The notes under the pieces: generated by a model | The model's database searches: none | Seen by the model: only the letters and a program-made list of their open reading frames with translations | Told to the model about the DNA's origin: nothing | Part shown: positions 1-11,621 of the stretch, piece by piece | How positions within the stretch are numbered: position 1 is the stretch's first letter | Layout: each line of letters begins with the position of its first letter | DNA from: Acidobacteriota bacterium | GTDB lineage: Bacteria > Acidobacteriota > Thermoanaerobaculia > Gp7-AA8 | DNA: 64,000 bases | Direction: 5' to 3' | Assembly (NCBI GenBank): GCA_019244185.1 | Contig: JAFATB010000014.1 | Coordinates: 256,001 to 320,000, forward strand | Program-made: the position numbers and the translations under genes

Positions 1-435
1 GTCTGGACCGACGGCGACGTGCCGTCGGTGACCGCGGTGTGGAAGACCGCCAACTGGCACGAGCGCGAGACCTTCGACATGCTCGGCATCAACTTCACCG
101 GCCATCCGAACCTCGAGCGCATCCTCATGTGGGACGGCTTCAACGGACATCCGCTGCGGAAGGACTTCCCGATCCGCGGAATCGATACCGGGGCGCGGAT
201 CTATCCGGAAGTCTTTCCGGAAGGCGGCGGTCCGAAGGCCGGCTCGACCGGCAAGCCGGTGAACGATGTGAACCTCTACAAGGGCGAATGGAAGGCGTAC
301 GGCAGCTCGCCCGCCGCGCAGATCGGCGGCGGCGCGAAACCGGCGCCGCCGAAGCCCGCGCCGAAACCGGTCGCCGCGCCGGCGCCCGCACCGGTGGCGG
401 CGGCAGCCGATGACGACGCGGAGGAGGAGGCCTGA
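1..435 (+). CDS. nuoC: NADH-quinone oxidoreductase subunit C (5' partial)
   Basis: [26 protein letters not shown]...GHPLRKDFP NuoC signature; frame open from window start; TGATG coupling to nuoD. Confidence 0.95.
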   Translation, partial: VWTDGDVPSVTAVWKTANWHERETFDMLGINFTGHPNLERILMWDGFNGHPLRKDFPIRGIDTGARIYPEVFPEGGGPKAGSTGKPVNDVNLYKGEWKAYGSSPAAQIGGGAKPAPPKPAPKPVAAPAPAPVAAAADDDAEEEA

Positions 436-1550
436 TGTTCGACGTCCACGAAATGGAGGTCAACTTCGGTCCCCAGCATCCGTCGACGCACGGCGTGCTG
501 CGCGTGCTGCTCAAGATCGACGGCGAGCGCATCATCGAGGCGAAGCCGGTCATCGGCTACCTGCATCGCGGCACCGAAAAGCTCTTCGAGCACATGGCCT
601 ATCCGCAGTGCATCCCGCACACGGATCGGATGGATTACGTCGCCTCCGCCACGAACAACCTCGGCTTCGTCGAAACGGTCGAGAAGCTGATGGGCGTCAC
701 GAAACAGATCCCGCGCCGCGCGCAGATCCTGCGCGTGATTCTCTCGGAACTGCAGCGCATCTCGTCGCACCTCTTGTGGCTCGCCACGCACGCGATCGAC
801 ATCGGCGCGATGACGCCGTTCTTCTACTGCTTCCGCGAGCGCGAGCAGATCCTCGACTTCTTCGAGGCCTACTGCGGCGCGCGCCTCACGCTCAACTGCA
901 TGCGCATCGGCGGCATGCCGGAAGACGTGCCGGCCGGCTGGCTCGAAGACATCGAGGCGTTCTGCGACAAGTTCGACGCGGCCGTCGACGAGTACGAGTC
1001 GCTGCTGACCACGAACCGCATCTGGAAGCGCCGCACCGTCGGCATCGGCGTGCTCTCGCCGGAAGAAGCGATCGAGTGGGGCATCACCGGACCGCCGCTG
1101 CGCGGCTCCGGCGTCGAATGGGACCTGCGCCGCGCGCAGCCGTACGAGATCTATCCCGAGCTCGACTTCGAAGTGCCGGTCGGCAAGAACGGCGATACGT
1201 ACGACCGCTACCTCGTGCGCATGGAAGAGATGCGGCAGTCGAACCGCATCCTCAAACAATGCATCCCGCTGATTCGCGAGACGCCTGCGGGTGACCTCAA
1301 GGCGAAGATCTCGAAAGTCATCCGCCCGCCGGAAGGCGAGGTTTATCACTCCATCGAGTCGCCGAAAGGGGAGCTCGGCTACTACATCGTGTCCGACGGC
1401 AAAACGCAGAACGCGTATCGCTGCCACGTCCGCCCGCCGAGCTTCGTGAATCTGCAGGCGCTGCCGGCGATGGCGCGCGGACATCTGGTCTCGGATCTCG
1501 TGGCGCTCATCGGCACGATCGACATCGTGTTGGGAGAGGTGGACAGGTGA
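435..1550 (+). CDS. nuoD: NADH-quinone oxidoreductase subunit D
   Basis: [40 protein letters not shown]. Confidence 0.97.
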   Translation: MFDVHEMEVNFGPQHPSTHGVLRVLLKIDGERIIEAKPVIGYLHRGTEKLFEHMAYPQCIPHTDRMDYVASATNNLGFVETVEKLMGVTKQIPRRAQILRVILSELQRISSHLLWLATHAIDIGAMTPFFYCFREREQILDFFEAYCGARLTLNCMRIGGMPEDVPAGWLEDIEAFCDKFDAAVDEYESLLTTNRIWKRRTVGIGVLSPEEAIEWGITGPPLRGSGVEWDLRRAQPYEIYPELDFEVPVGKNGDTYDRYLVRMEEMRQSNRILKQCIPLIRETPAGDLKAKISKVIRPPEGEVYHSIESPKGELGYYIVSDGKTQNAYRCHVRPPSFVNLQALPAMARGHLVSDLVALIGTIDIVLGEVDR

Positions 1551-1669
1551 AAAAGATGAATGAAGAACGCAGAACGCAGAATAAAGAATTGAGAAAGTGC
1601 GCCACCCGCGCAGCGTCGTCCTCTTTCTACGTTCTTCATTCTGCGTTCTGCGTTCTTCATTCATCTTTT
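1551..1669. repeat. 38-bp inverted repeat built from heptamer units (GAATGAA/GAACGCA), 43-nt loop
   Basis: Left arm 1551-1588 aaaagatgaatgaagaacgcagaacgcagaataaagaa matches the reverse complement of 1632-1669 with one mismatch. Confidence 0.9.
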
Positions 1670-1683
1670 AACGAGGTGGCCGC

Positions 1684-2826
1684 ATGAACAAGGCTCTCCT
1701 CACCTACCTCGTCTGGCCGCTGGTGAAGTTCCTCATCGCCTTCATCATCGTGCAGCTCATCGTCGTCGCCATGACATGGATCGAGCGGCGGCTGCTCGGA
1801 TTCATCCAGGCGCGGCTCGGACCGAATCGCGTCGGACCGTGGGGCCTCCTGCAGGGCATCGCCGATCCGGTGAAGCTGCTGCTGAAGGAAGACATCCTTC
1901 CGACGAGCGCGGAGAAGATCGCGTACTTCCTCGGACCGATGCTGCCGCTCATTCCGGCGTTCGTCGTCTTCGCGCTGATCCCGTACGGACCGCCGCCGGC
2001 GTTCACCGTCACGCGCGTCAACGTCGGGCTACTGCTCATCCTCGCCATCACGTCGACCGCGGTGTACGGCATCATCCTCGGCGGCTGGGCATCGAACAAC
2101 AAGTACTCGCTGATGGGCGGTCTTCGCTCGGCGGCGCAGATGGTGTCGTACGAAGTGCCGTTCGGCCTCTCCATCGTCGGCGTGCTGATGATCACCGGCT
2201 CGCTCGATCTCGTGCAGATCGTCCGCTATCAGGAAACGAACGCGTGGAACTTCCTCCCGCAGCTCGTGGCCTGCTTCATCTTCTTCGTGTCGATGAACGC
2301 GGAGAACAACCGCACGCCGTTCGATCTGCCGGAAGCGGAATCGGAGCTCGTCGCCGGATTCCACACCGAGTACTCGGGGATGAAGTTCGCGTTCTTCATG
2401 CTCGCCGAGTACTCGATGATGATCGTCAACTCGTGCCTCATCGTGACGCTCTTCTTCGGCGGCTGGACGTTCGGCATGTTCGGCGTCGGCCTCACCACGA
2501 GCGTGCTGCGCGGCATGGGCTTCTTCGGCGGCATTCTCGGCGCCGCCATCTTCTTCGCGAAAGTCATGGTCTTCATGCTGGTCTACGTCTGGTTTCGCGC
2601 GACGTTCCCGCGGTTCCGCTTCGATCAGCTGATGGACCTCGGATGGAAGTGGATGATCCCGCTCGCACTGGGGAACATCTTCGTCACCGGCCTCTTCATC
2701 CTCGCCGGACAGGAGCGGCTGATGTACTGGATCGGCCTCGCGCTCCTCGGCGCCACGGTGTTCTATCTCGGACGCAAACCGGCTCCGCGTAAGGGGATTC
2801 ATGCAAGTCGAGTATCCGAAGCCTAG
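1684..2826 (+). CDS. nuoH: NADH-quinone oxidoreductase subunit H
   Basis: RLGPNRVGPWGLLQGIADPVKLLLKE, NRTPFDLPEAESELVAGFHTEYS, PRFRFDQLM; GAGG RBS. Confidence 0.97.
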   Translation: MNKALLTYLVWPLVKFLIAFIIVQLIVVAMTWIERRLLGFIQARLGPNRVGPWGLLQGIADPVKLLLKEDILPTSAEKIAYFLGPMLPLIPAFVVFALIPYGPPPAFTVTRVNVGLLLILAITSTAVYGIILGGWASNNKYSLMGGLRSAAQMVSYEVPFGLSIVGVLMITGSLDLVQIVRYQETNAWNFLPQLVACFIFFVSMNAENNRTPFDLPEAESELVAGFHTEYSGMKFAFFMLAEYSMMIVNSCLIVTLFFGGWTFGMFGVGLTTSVLRGMGFFGGILGAAIFFAKVMVFMLVYVWFRATFPRFRFDQLMDLGWKWMIPLALGNIFVTGLFILAGQERLMYWIGLALLGATVFYLGRKPAPRKGIHASRVSEA

Positions 2827-3331
2827 CTGGTCGCAGAAGTTCCTCGTGCTCGACCTCCTCGAGGGGTTGAAGACGACGTTCCGCGAGCTGTTCAAGCCGA
2901 AGGTGACGGTGCGTTATCCCGAGGAGCGCAACGAGCCGACGGACCGCTTCCGAGGAATGTTCAAGTTCTCGTACGACCGCTGCATCGCGTGCAAGCTGTG
3001 CGCGGTGGCGTGCCCGATCGACATCATCTACATCGACGTGCACGACGACATGATCGAAGAGGGCGGGAAGAAGAAGAAAGTCAAAGTCCTCGACCGCTAC
3101 GACATCGACGTGAAGCGCTGCATGTTCTGCGCGCTCTGCGAAGAAGCGTGCCCCACGAAGCCAAAGTCGATCTGGCTGACCACGAAGACCTACGAGCTCG
3201 CGACGTACGATCGCAACGATCTCTACTTCAACATGCAGGAGCTCGAGTACTGGGAAGACCGGCCGCGCTACACCGGGCTGCCGGAGGAGGACGAGAAGCC
3301 GCGCCTCGACGAGACGCGCCTCCTCAAATAG
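2801..3331 (+). CDS. nuoI: NADH-quinone oxidoreductase subunit I
   Basis: Two 4Fe-4S motifs CIACKLCAVACP and CMFCALCEEACP; TVRYPEE. Confidence 0.95.
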   Translation: MQVEYPKPSWSQKFLVLDLLEGLKTTFRELFKPKVTVRYPEERNEPTDRFRGMFKFSYDRCIACKLCAVACPIDIIYIDVHDDMIEEGGKKKKVKVLDRYDIDVKRCMFCALCEEACPTKPKSIWLTTKTYELATYDRNDLYFNMQELEYWEDRPRYTGLPEEDEKPRLDETRLLK

Positions 3332-3333
3332 CG

Positions 3334-4014
3334 ATGGACGCCGTCAGCTCCAGCATGCCGCTGCTCGTCTTCGTCGTCATCGGGACGATCGCCGTCGCGT
3401 CGTCGATCCTCGTCGTGGCGATGCGCAACCCGGTGCATTCCGCGCTGTTTCTCCTGCTCACGTTTCTGTGCGTGGCGGTGTTGTTCGTCCTGCGCAGCGC
3501 GGAGTTCGTCGCCGCCGTGCAGGTGCTCGTCTACGCGGGCGGCATCATGGTGTTGTTCCTCTTCGTGGTCATGCTGATCAACGTGCGCCATCTGCCGGAA
3601 GAGCGCGTGCTCTCGCCGGTCTGGCTCGGCGGGATCGGCGTCGGTCTCGCGATGTTCGTGCTCTTCGCGACGATCGTCCGTCCCGGCACTTACCACGATG
3701 AAGTTCCAAACGCCGACAAGAAGCTGACCACCGTTGACGAGACCTATCTCACGCAGGACGCGACCAATCCGAACCGCCTCGTGCGCCATCACCGCCAGCG
3801 TGAGAACCGCAACGCGGAAGCAGTGGGCATGGCGCTCTACACCGACTATCTCGTGCCGTTCGAAGTCGCGTCGCTCTTCCTGCTCGTGGCGATGATCGGC
3901 GCGATCGTGATCGGCAAGCGCGAGCTCTCCGCGGCGGAAGAAGAGACCGCGCCCGACTACATGCTCGAGCGCGTGGAGACGGAGAAGGAAGTGAAGGAGG
4001 CGCTGAGCGCCTAG
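3334..4014 (+). CDS. nuoJ: NADH-quinone oxidoreductase subunit J
   Basis: RNPVHSALFL, QVLVYAGGIMVLFLFVVML, PFEVASLFLLVAMIGAI; start moved to the ATG just after the nuoI stop. Confidence 0.95.
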   Translation: MDAVSSSMPLLVFVVIGTIAVASSILVVAMRNPVHSALFLLLTFLCVAVLFVLRSAEFVAAVQVLVYAGGIMVLFLFVVMLINVRHLPEERVLSPVWLGGIGVGLAMFVLFATIVRPGTYHDEVPNADKKLTTVDETYLTQDATNPNRLVRHHRQRENRNAEAVGMALYTDYLVPFEVASLFLLVAMIGAIVIGKRELSAAEEETAPDYMLERVETEKEVKEALSA

Positions 4015-4028
4015 CGCTCGCGAGCACG

Positions 4029-4323
4029 ATGCCCAGCACGCAGGCGTACCTGATGTTGTCCGGCACACTCTTCGCCGTCGGCCTGGTCGGCGTGATCATC
4101 CGCCGCAACATGATCACGGTGCTCATGTGCATCGAGCTGATGCTCAACGCCGTGAACATCAACCTCGTCGCCTTCTCGCATCACATCGCCTCGCTGGAAG
4201 GGCAGGTCTTCACGATCTTCGTGATCACCATCGCCGCGGGCGAGGCGGCGGTCGGACTGGCGATCATCATTCAGCTCTACCGGCTGCGCTCCACGATCAA
4301 CGTCGACGAAGCGAGGACGCTGC

Positions 4324-4331
<8 letters not shown>
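4029..4331 (+). CDS. nuoK: NADH-quinone oxidoreductase subunit K
   Basis: LMCIELMLNAVN, AAGEAAVGLA. Confidence 0.97.
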
Positions 4332-6486
<2,155 letters not shown>

Positions 6487-6500
6487 GGAGCGGTGCGTTC

Positions 6501-8111
6501 ATGGGCATTCTCAACGTCATCACCTACATCCCGCTGATCGGCGCGCTGGTGATCCTGTTCTTCGTGAACCGGAGCAACGCGCGGATGATCCGGGTCCTCG
6601 CGACGGCGACGGCGGTCCTCGACTTCCTTGTCTCGCTCTGGTTGTGGCCCAACTTCGACCGCGCCGCGACGGGCACGAAGATGTGGCAGTTCCGCGAGAC
6701 GTACGACTGGATCCCGTCGCTCGGCGTCAAGTACGACTTCGGCATCGACGGCATCTCGCTCCTGCTCATCCTCCTCACCACGTTCATGGGCATCATCGCG
6801 GTGGTCTCGTCGTACACGGCGATCCATCACCGCGAGAAGGAGTACTACACGCTGCTGCTCATGCTGCAGACCGGCATGATCGGCACGTTCTGCGCGCTCG
6901 ACTTCTTCCTCTTCTACGTCTTTTGGGAAATCATGCTCGTGCCGATGTACTTCATCATCGGCATCTGGGGCGGCGCGCGGAAGCTCTACGCCGCGATCAA
7001 GTTCTTCCTCTACACGCTCGCCGGATCGGTGCTGATGCTGCTCTCGATCCTCGCGCTCTACTTCTTCAACGACGGCGGCATCGGCTTCCTCAACATCAAA
7101 GGCCTCGGCAATCCGGGCACGTTCAGCGTCCTGCAGTTCCACGAGATCGGCCATCTCATTCCGCCGTCGCTGCAGTTCTGGATCTTCCTCGGATTCTTCT
7201 TCGGCTTCGCCATCAAAGTCCCGATGTTTCCGTTCCATACGTGGCTGCCGGACGCGCACGTCGAGGCGCCGACCGCGGGCTCGATCATCCTCGCCGCGGT
7301 GCTCCTCAAGATGGGCACGTACGGATTCGTGCGTTTCGCGCTGCCGATCCTGCCCAGCGCCACGAAGCAGCTCCTCGTGCCGATCGTCGTGCTCTCGCTC
7401 ATCGGCATCGTCTACGGCGCGCTCGTGTCGCTCGTGCAGAAGGACATGAAGAAGCTCGTCGCGTATTCATCGGTCTCGCACCTCGGCTTCGTCATGCTCG
7501 GCATGTTCGCGCTCAACCCGATGGGACTGCGCGGCTCGGTGCTGCAGATGATCAACCACGGCATCTCCACCGGCGCGCTCTTCCTGCTCGTCGGCATCAT
7601 CTACGAGCGGCGCCACACGCGGCTCATCGCCGACTACGGCGGGCTCGCGAAGCAGATGCCGATGTATGCGGCGCTGTTCCTCGTCGCCGCGCTGTCGTCG
7701 ATGGGACTGCCCGCGCTGAACGGCTTCATCGGCGAGTTCACGATTCTCCTCGGCGCCGCGAACTCGACCGCGTTCGGCACGATGGCCTACGCCGTCATTG
7801 CCGCGATCGGGATCGTCCTCGGCGCGGCGTATCTGCTCTGGCTCTATCAGCGCGTGTTCTGGGGCCCGCTCGACAATCCTGAGAACGCGAACGTGCCCGA
7901 CGTCAACCGCCGCGAGCTCGGGCTGATGCTCGCGCTGATCGCGTTGATGTTGTGGATCGGCATCTATCCGAAGCCGCTCTTCGACGTGCTCGAGAAGCCG
8001 GTCGACTACATCGTGCAGAAGGTCGAGCCGACGTACTTCGACAAGCAGCCGCTCACGTATCCAGCCTCGCCGGCGGCCACGACCGAGCATCGCGAGGTGG
8101 CCGAGAAATGA
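6501..8111 (+). CDS. nuoM: NADH-quinone oxidoreductase subunit M
   Basis: FWEIMLVPMY, KVPMFPFHTWLPDAHVEAPTAGS, AYSSVSHLG; AGGAG RBS before ATG 6501. Confidence 0.96.
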   Translation: MGILNVITYIPLIGALVILFFVNRSNARMIRVLATATAVLDFLVSLWLWPNFDRAATGTKMWQFRETYDWIPSLGVKYDFGIDGISLLLILLTTFMGIIAVVSSYTAIHHREKEYYTLLLMLQTGMIGTFCALDFFLFYVFWEIMLVPMYFIIGIWGGARKLYAAIKFFLYTLAGSVLMLLSILALYFFNDGGIGFLNIKGLGNPGTFSVLQFHEIGHLIPPSLQFWIFLGFFFGFAIKVPMFPFHTWLPDAHVEAPTAGSIILAAVLLKMGTYGFVRFALPILPSATKQLLVPIVVLSLIGIVYGALVSLVQKDMKKLVAYSSVSHLGFVMLGMFALNPMGLRGSVLQMINHGISTGALFLLVGIIYERRHTRLIADYGGLAKQMPMYAALFLVAALSSMGLPALNGFIGEFTILLGAANSTAFGTMAYAVIAAIGIVLGAAYLLWLYQRVFWGPLDNPENANVPDVNRRELGLMLALIALMLWIGIYPKPLFDVLEKPVDYIVQKVEPTYFDKQPLTYPASPAATTEHREVAEK

Positions 8112-9598
8112 TGACGTGGGGCGACGCGCTGTTCCTGCTTCCCGAGCTCGTGCTCGCGCTCGGCGCGTCGCTGCTGCTCATCGCGCCCGTCGTCGGGCGC
8201 GGCGAGACCCGCAGATCGGGAGACTCCGCGAAATGGGCGATGCTCGCGCTCCTCGCGATCACCGCGGGCGCCGTCTTTCTGAGCTCGTGGGGCGTGCAGA
8301 GCGTGCATCAGTCGCGCGGCTTCCGCGCGATGTTCGCGCTCGACGGCTTCTCGCTCTTCTTCAAGCTGCTGTTCCTGGTCATTCTCGCGCTCGTCACGCT
8401 GCTCTCCGACGGCTACCTGCGCGGCACGCGATATTCGGCCTGGGAGTACTACTCGCTGCTCGCGTTCGCGCTTTGTGGCATGTTCTTCATGGCGTCGGGC
8501 ATTCATCTCGCGACGATCTACGTCGGCCTCGAGCTGATGTCGCTGTCGAGCTACATCCTCGCCGGCTACTTCAAGAACGAACAGAAGAGCACCGAGGCGG
8601 CGATGAAGTACTTCGTCCTCGGCGCGGTCAGCTCCGCGATTCTGTTGTACGGAATCTCGCTGATCTACGGTGTCACGGGGACGCTGAGTCTGGTCGGCGT
8701 GTCGAACGCGATGGCGACGCTCGTGACGAACGACGCGCTGATGTTCGGCATCATGATGTTGGGCGCGGGACTCTGCTTCAAGATCGCGGCCGCGCCGTTC
8801 CACGTCTGGACGCCCGACGTTTACGAAGGTGCGCCGACGCCGGTCACCGCGTTCCTGTCGACCGCATCGAAAGCCGCGGCCTTCGCGATCTTCGCGCGCA
8901 TCTTCTACGTCGGCGTGCATCACTTCCGGCTCGACTGGCAGTACGTGCTCGCGATCGTCGCGGCGCTGTCGATGATCCTCGGCAACCTCGCCGCGATCAC
9001 GCAGGACAACGTGAAGCGCATGCTCGCGTACTCGTCGATCGGCCACGCCGGCTACGTGCTGCTCGGCATCATCTCGGTGAGCGAGATGGGCTTGCGCGGC
9101 ATCCTCGTATACTCGGTCGTCTACGTCTTCGCCACGCTCGGCATCTGGGCCACGGTGCTCATGCTGCAGCAGCAGGAGTACGCCGGTGAGCTCGTCGACG
9201 ACTTCGAAGGACTGCATCGCCGCGCGCCGTTCTGGGCGTTCGCGATGGTCGTCTTCCTGCTCTCGCTCGGCGGCATTCCGCCGACCGCGGGCTTCATCGG
9301 CAAGTACTTCCTGTTCTACGCGGCCGTCGGCGCCGGCTTCGGCTGGCTTGCCATCATCGCGGTGCTGATGTCGGCCGTGTCGATGTTCTTCTACTTCCGC
9401 CTGGTGATGGCGATGTACCTGCGAGAGGGGAGAGAAGACGCGCTGCCCGCGCAGGGAACGCTGCGCTTCGTCGCGGCGATCTGTCTCGTGGTCACGCTGC
9501 TCTTCGGCATCCTGCCGTCACCGCTCATCGATCAGGCGCGCATCTCCGGTCGCGGCGTTGCCGCGCGTGCCGCCCTGGTGACGCCGAATGGACGATAA
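8108..9598 (+). CDS. nuoN: NADH-quinone oxidoreductase subunit N
   Basis: EAAMKYFVLG, FKIAAAPFHVWTPDVYEGAPTP, KRMLAYSSIGHAG; ATGA overlap with nuoM. Confidence 0.96.
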   Translation: MMTWGDALFLLPELVLALGASLLLIAPVVGRGETRRSGDSAKWAMLALLAITAGAVFLSSWGVQSVHQSRGFRAMFALDGFSLFFKLLFLVILALVTLLSDGYLRGTRYSAWEYYSLLAFALCGMFFMASGIHLATIYVGLELMSLSSYILAGYFKNEQKSTEAAMKYFVLGAVSSAILLYGISLIYGVTGTLSLVGVSNAMATLVTNDALMFGIMMLGAGLCFKIAAAPFHVWTPDVYEGAPTPVTAFLSTASKAAAFAIFARIFYVGVHHFRLDWQYVLAIVAALSMILGNLAAITQDNVKRMLAYSSIGHAGYVLLGIISVSEMGLRGILVYSVVYVFATLGIWATVLMLQQQEYAGELVDDFEGLHRRAPFWAFAMVVFLLSLGGIPPTAGFIGKYFLFYAAVGAGFGWLAIIAVLMSAVSMFFYFRLVMAMYLREGREDALPAQGTLRFVAAICLVVTLLFGILPSPLIDQARISGRGVAARAALVTPNGR

Positions 9599-9806
9599 AG
9601 AGGGGCGCGACTTCCGCCAGATGATGGAGGCCTCCTCCATCGGCTGGATGTTTCCGATCGCGATGGCGCTCGGCTTCGGCTGGGGCTGGGGGATGGACAA
9701 GCTGTTCGGCACGAAGCCGTGGCTGACGGTCGTGTTCACGCTCTTCGGCGTGATCGCCGCGTTCATCAACCTTTTCCGCTTCGCGTCGAAAGATGGACCA
9801 CCGTGA
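9588..9806 (+). CDS. atpZ: AtpZ/AtpI-type ATP synthase gene-1 protein
   Basis: Two TM helices, GWGMDKLFGTKPW matching the G..lD..fgT.Pw pattern; upstream of atpB. Confidence 0.85.
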   Translation: MDDKEGRDFRQMMEASSIGWMFPIAMALGFGWGWGMDKLFGTKPWLTVVFTLFGVIAAFINLFRFASKDGPP

Positions 9807-10203
9807 GGTCCCCTCTTACGAGCGCGAGACACCCGCGGAGGTGTTGCGGCGGATCAAGCGAAACGCGCTCGCGGCGTGCGCCGGATTCGCGGTAATCTCG
9901 TGGTTTTTGGGCGGTTTTCGCGGTCTTCTCGGATTGACTTGCAGTGCAGCGGTGACTATCATCAGCTTCCTTTGGTTGGAGGAGATCGTGACGACTCTCC
10001 TGCAACCGGCGGCACACCTGCACGCTCGGAGGCTGATGTTGCGCACCCTTGCGCGCTTCGCTCTCCTCGGTGTGGCGCTCACGGTCACGATCATCATTGC
10101 TCGTTTCACTGCCTTAAGTGTGTTGTTGGGGTTCTCGGTCATCGTGGTGGGAATCTGCGGCGAAGCTCTGTATTCGCTCTACCGCAGCTTCACTGAGGAG
10201 TAG
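9793..10203 (+). CDS. atpI: ATP synthase protein I (4 TM)
   Basis: Four hydrophobic segments; lies between atpZ and atpB. Confidence 0.75.
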   Translation: MDHREVPSYERETPAEVLRRIKRNALAACAGFAVISWFLGGFRGLLGLTCSAAVTIISFLWLEEIVTTLLQPAAHLHARRLMLRTLARFALLGVALTVTIIIARFTALSVLLGFSVIVVGICGEALYSLYRSFTEE

Positions 10204-10215
10204 CTCGAGAGGTAC

Positions 10216-10917
10216 ATGGAACACGAACACTCAATCCTGTACGGGCCGGTCAATCACTTCTTGAAGCCGCTCCTCGGCTTCGAGGTGCCAGACCACGTGC
10301 TCATGGCGCTCGTGGTGCTGCTCATCAGTTGCATCGTTTTCCCGCTCATGTCGCGCCGCATCAGCCGCGACAACCCGAGCGGCTTCCAGCACATGCTGGA
10401 GATGATCGTCGGCGGTCTCAAGGACCTGCTCGAGGACGTCATCGGCCACGGCGCCGCGGAGAAGTACCTCTACATCATCGGCGCGTTCGCCTGCTTCATC
10501 TTCGTCTCGAACATCTTCGGACTGTTCTTCTTCCTGCAGCCGCCGACGAGCAATCCGAACACGACCTTCGGCCTCGGCCTGACCGCGTTCCTCTACTACA
10601 ACTGGCAGGGCATCAAGACGCAGGGGCTCGGGCATTACCTCAAACACTTCGCCGGCCCGATGCCGCTGCTCGCGCCGCTGATGATCCCCATCGAGATCAT
10701 CGGTCATCTCGCGCGCATCCTCTCGCTGGGCATGCGTCTCTTCGGCAATATCTTCGGCGAGCACACCGCCACCGGGATCTTCATGGGGATGCTGCCGTTC
10801 GTGCTGCCCTGGCCGATGATGGGCCTCGGTATCTTCGGCGCGTTCCTGCAGACGTTCGTCTTCATCATGCTGACGATGGTGTACATCGGCGGAGCCGTCG
10901 CGGCGGAAGAGCACTAG
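10216..10917 (+). CDS. atpB: ATP synthase Fo subunit a
   Basis: PIEIIGHLARILSLGMRLFGNI (conserved Arg), LQTFVFIMLTMVY. Confidence 0.97.
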   Translation: MEHEHSILYGPVNHFLKPLLGFEVPDHVLMALVVLLISCIVFPLMSRRISRDNPSGFQHMLEMIVGGLKDLLEDVIGHGAAEKYLYIIGAFACFIFVSNIFGLFFFLQPPTSNPNTTFGLGLTAFLYYNWQGIKTQGLGHYLKHFAGPMPLLAPLMIPIEIIGHLARILSLGMRLFGNIFGEHTATGIFMGMLPFVLPWPMMGLGIFGAFLQTFVFIMLTMVYIGGAVAAEEH

Positions 10918-10975
10918 ATCAACGAAACCAACAGACCTGAACGGTTCGGACTTTTTTCGAAAGGAGAGAATCAGA

Positions 10976-11284
10976 GTGAAGAAGAAACACATCCTGTTTT
11001 CCGTCGTCCTGGCGCTGACGTCCTTCTCGGCGTTCGCGCAGGATGCGGTGGCGACGAACCCCGGTGTCCGCTGGGGCGTCATCGGTGCCGCGTTCGTCCT
11101 CGGCATCGCCGCCGCCGCCGGTGCCATCGGCCAGTCGCGCGCGATCGCCGCGTCGGTCGAAGGCATCGCCCGCAACCCCAGCGCCGCCGGCGCGATTCGT
11201 CTCGCGATGATCATCGGTCTCGCGCTCATCGAGTCGCTCGTCATCTACGCGCTGCTCATCGCGTTCTTCGTCTACAAGCTGTAA
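10976..11284 (+). CDS. atpE: ATP synthase Fo subunit c with N-terminal extension
   Basis: IARNP loop, LALIESLVIY with ion-binding Glu; AAGGAG RBS. Confidence 0.96.
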   Translation: MKKKHILFSVVLALTSFSAFAQDAVATNPGVRWGVIGAAFVLGIAAAAGAIGQSRAIAASVEGIARNPSAAGAIRLAMIIGLALIESLVIYALLIAFFVYKL

Positions 11285-11310
11285 TCGCGGCAACGCATCG
11301 CTCGAACGCG

Positions 11311-11345
11311 AAGCCCCGCGCCTCACGGCGCGGGGCTTTTGTTTT
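11311..11345 (+). terminator. Rho-independent terminator of the nuo-atp unit
   Basis: aagccccgcgcc-tcac-ggcgcggggctt followed by ttgtttt. Confidence 0.85.
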
Positions 11346-11388
11346 CTCCGGCAGCCTTCTTGCTGACTCTGCTCGCGGAGGTACCACC

Positions 11389-11556
11389 GTGAGCTGGTTC
11401 AATCTCTCGTTCGTCGGCTGGCTGATCGTGATCGTGGCGCTGGCGCTCGTCGCCTACAAGTACGACGTGCCCGGCTTCTGGATCGGTATCGGAGCGCTGC
11501 TGCTGCTCGGCGTGGGGATCATCACGTCGGTCAAACACGCAAAGCCGAGGATCTGA
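11389..11556 (+). CDS. Small two-TM membrane protein, 55 aa (absent from ORF track)
   Basis: GGAGG RBS then GTG; MSWFNLSFVGWLIVIVALALVAYKYDVPGFWIGIGALLLLGVGIITSVKHAKPRI; typical GC3 bias. Confidence 0.75.
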   Translation: MSWFNLSFVGWLIVIVALALVAYKYDVPGFWIGIGALLLLGVGIITSVKHAKPRI

Positions 11557-11562
11557 GGCAAC

Positions 11563-11592
11563 AAAAAAGCCGGCGCGGAGAGCGCCGGCTTT
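11563..11592. terminator. Terminator between convergent genes
   Basis: aaaaaagccggcgc-ggaga-gcgccggcttt. Confidence 0.75.
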
Positions 11593-11621
11593 CGTTGCGG
11601 CAACGAAGTGCGCGTGTTGAA

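Noticed and set aside
9793-10203. Lower-GC patch as horizontally acquired DNA
   Set aside because: Coincides with atpI, which commonly has atypical codon usage and sits in its expected position.
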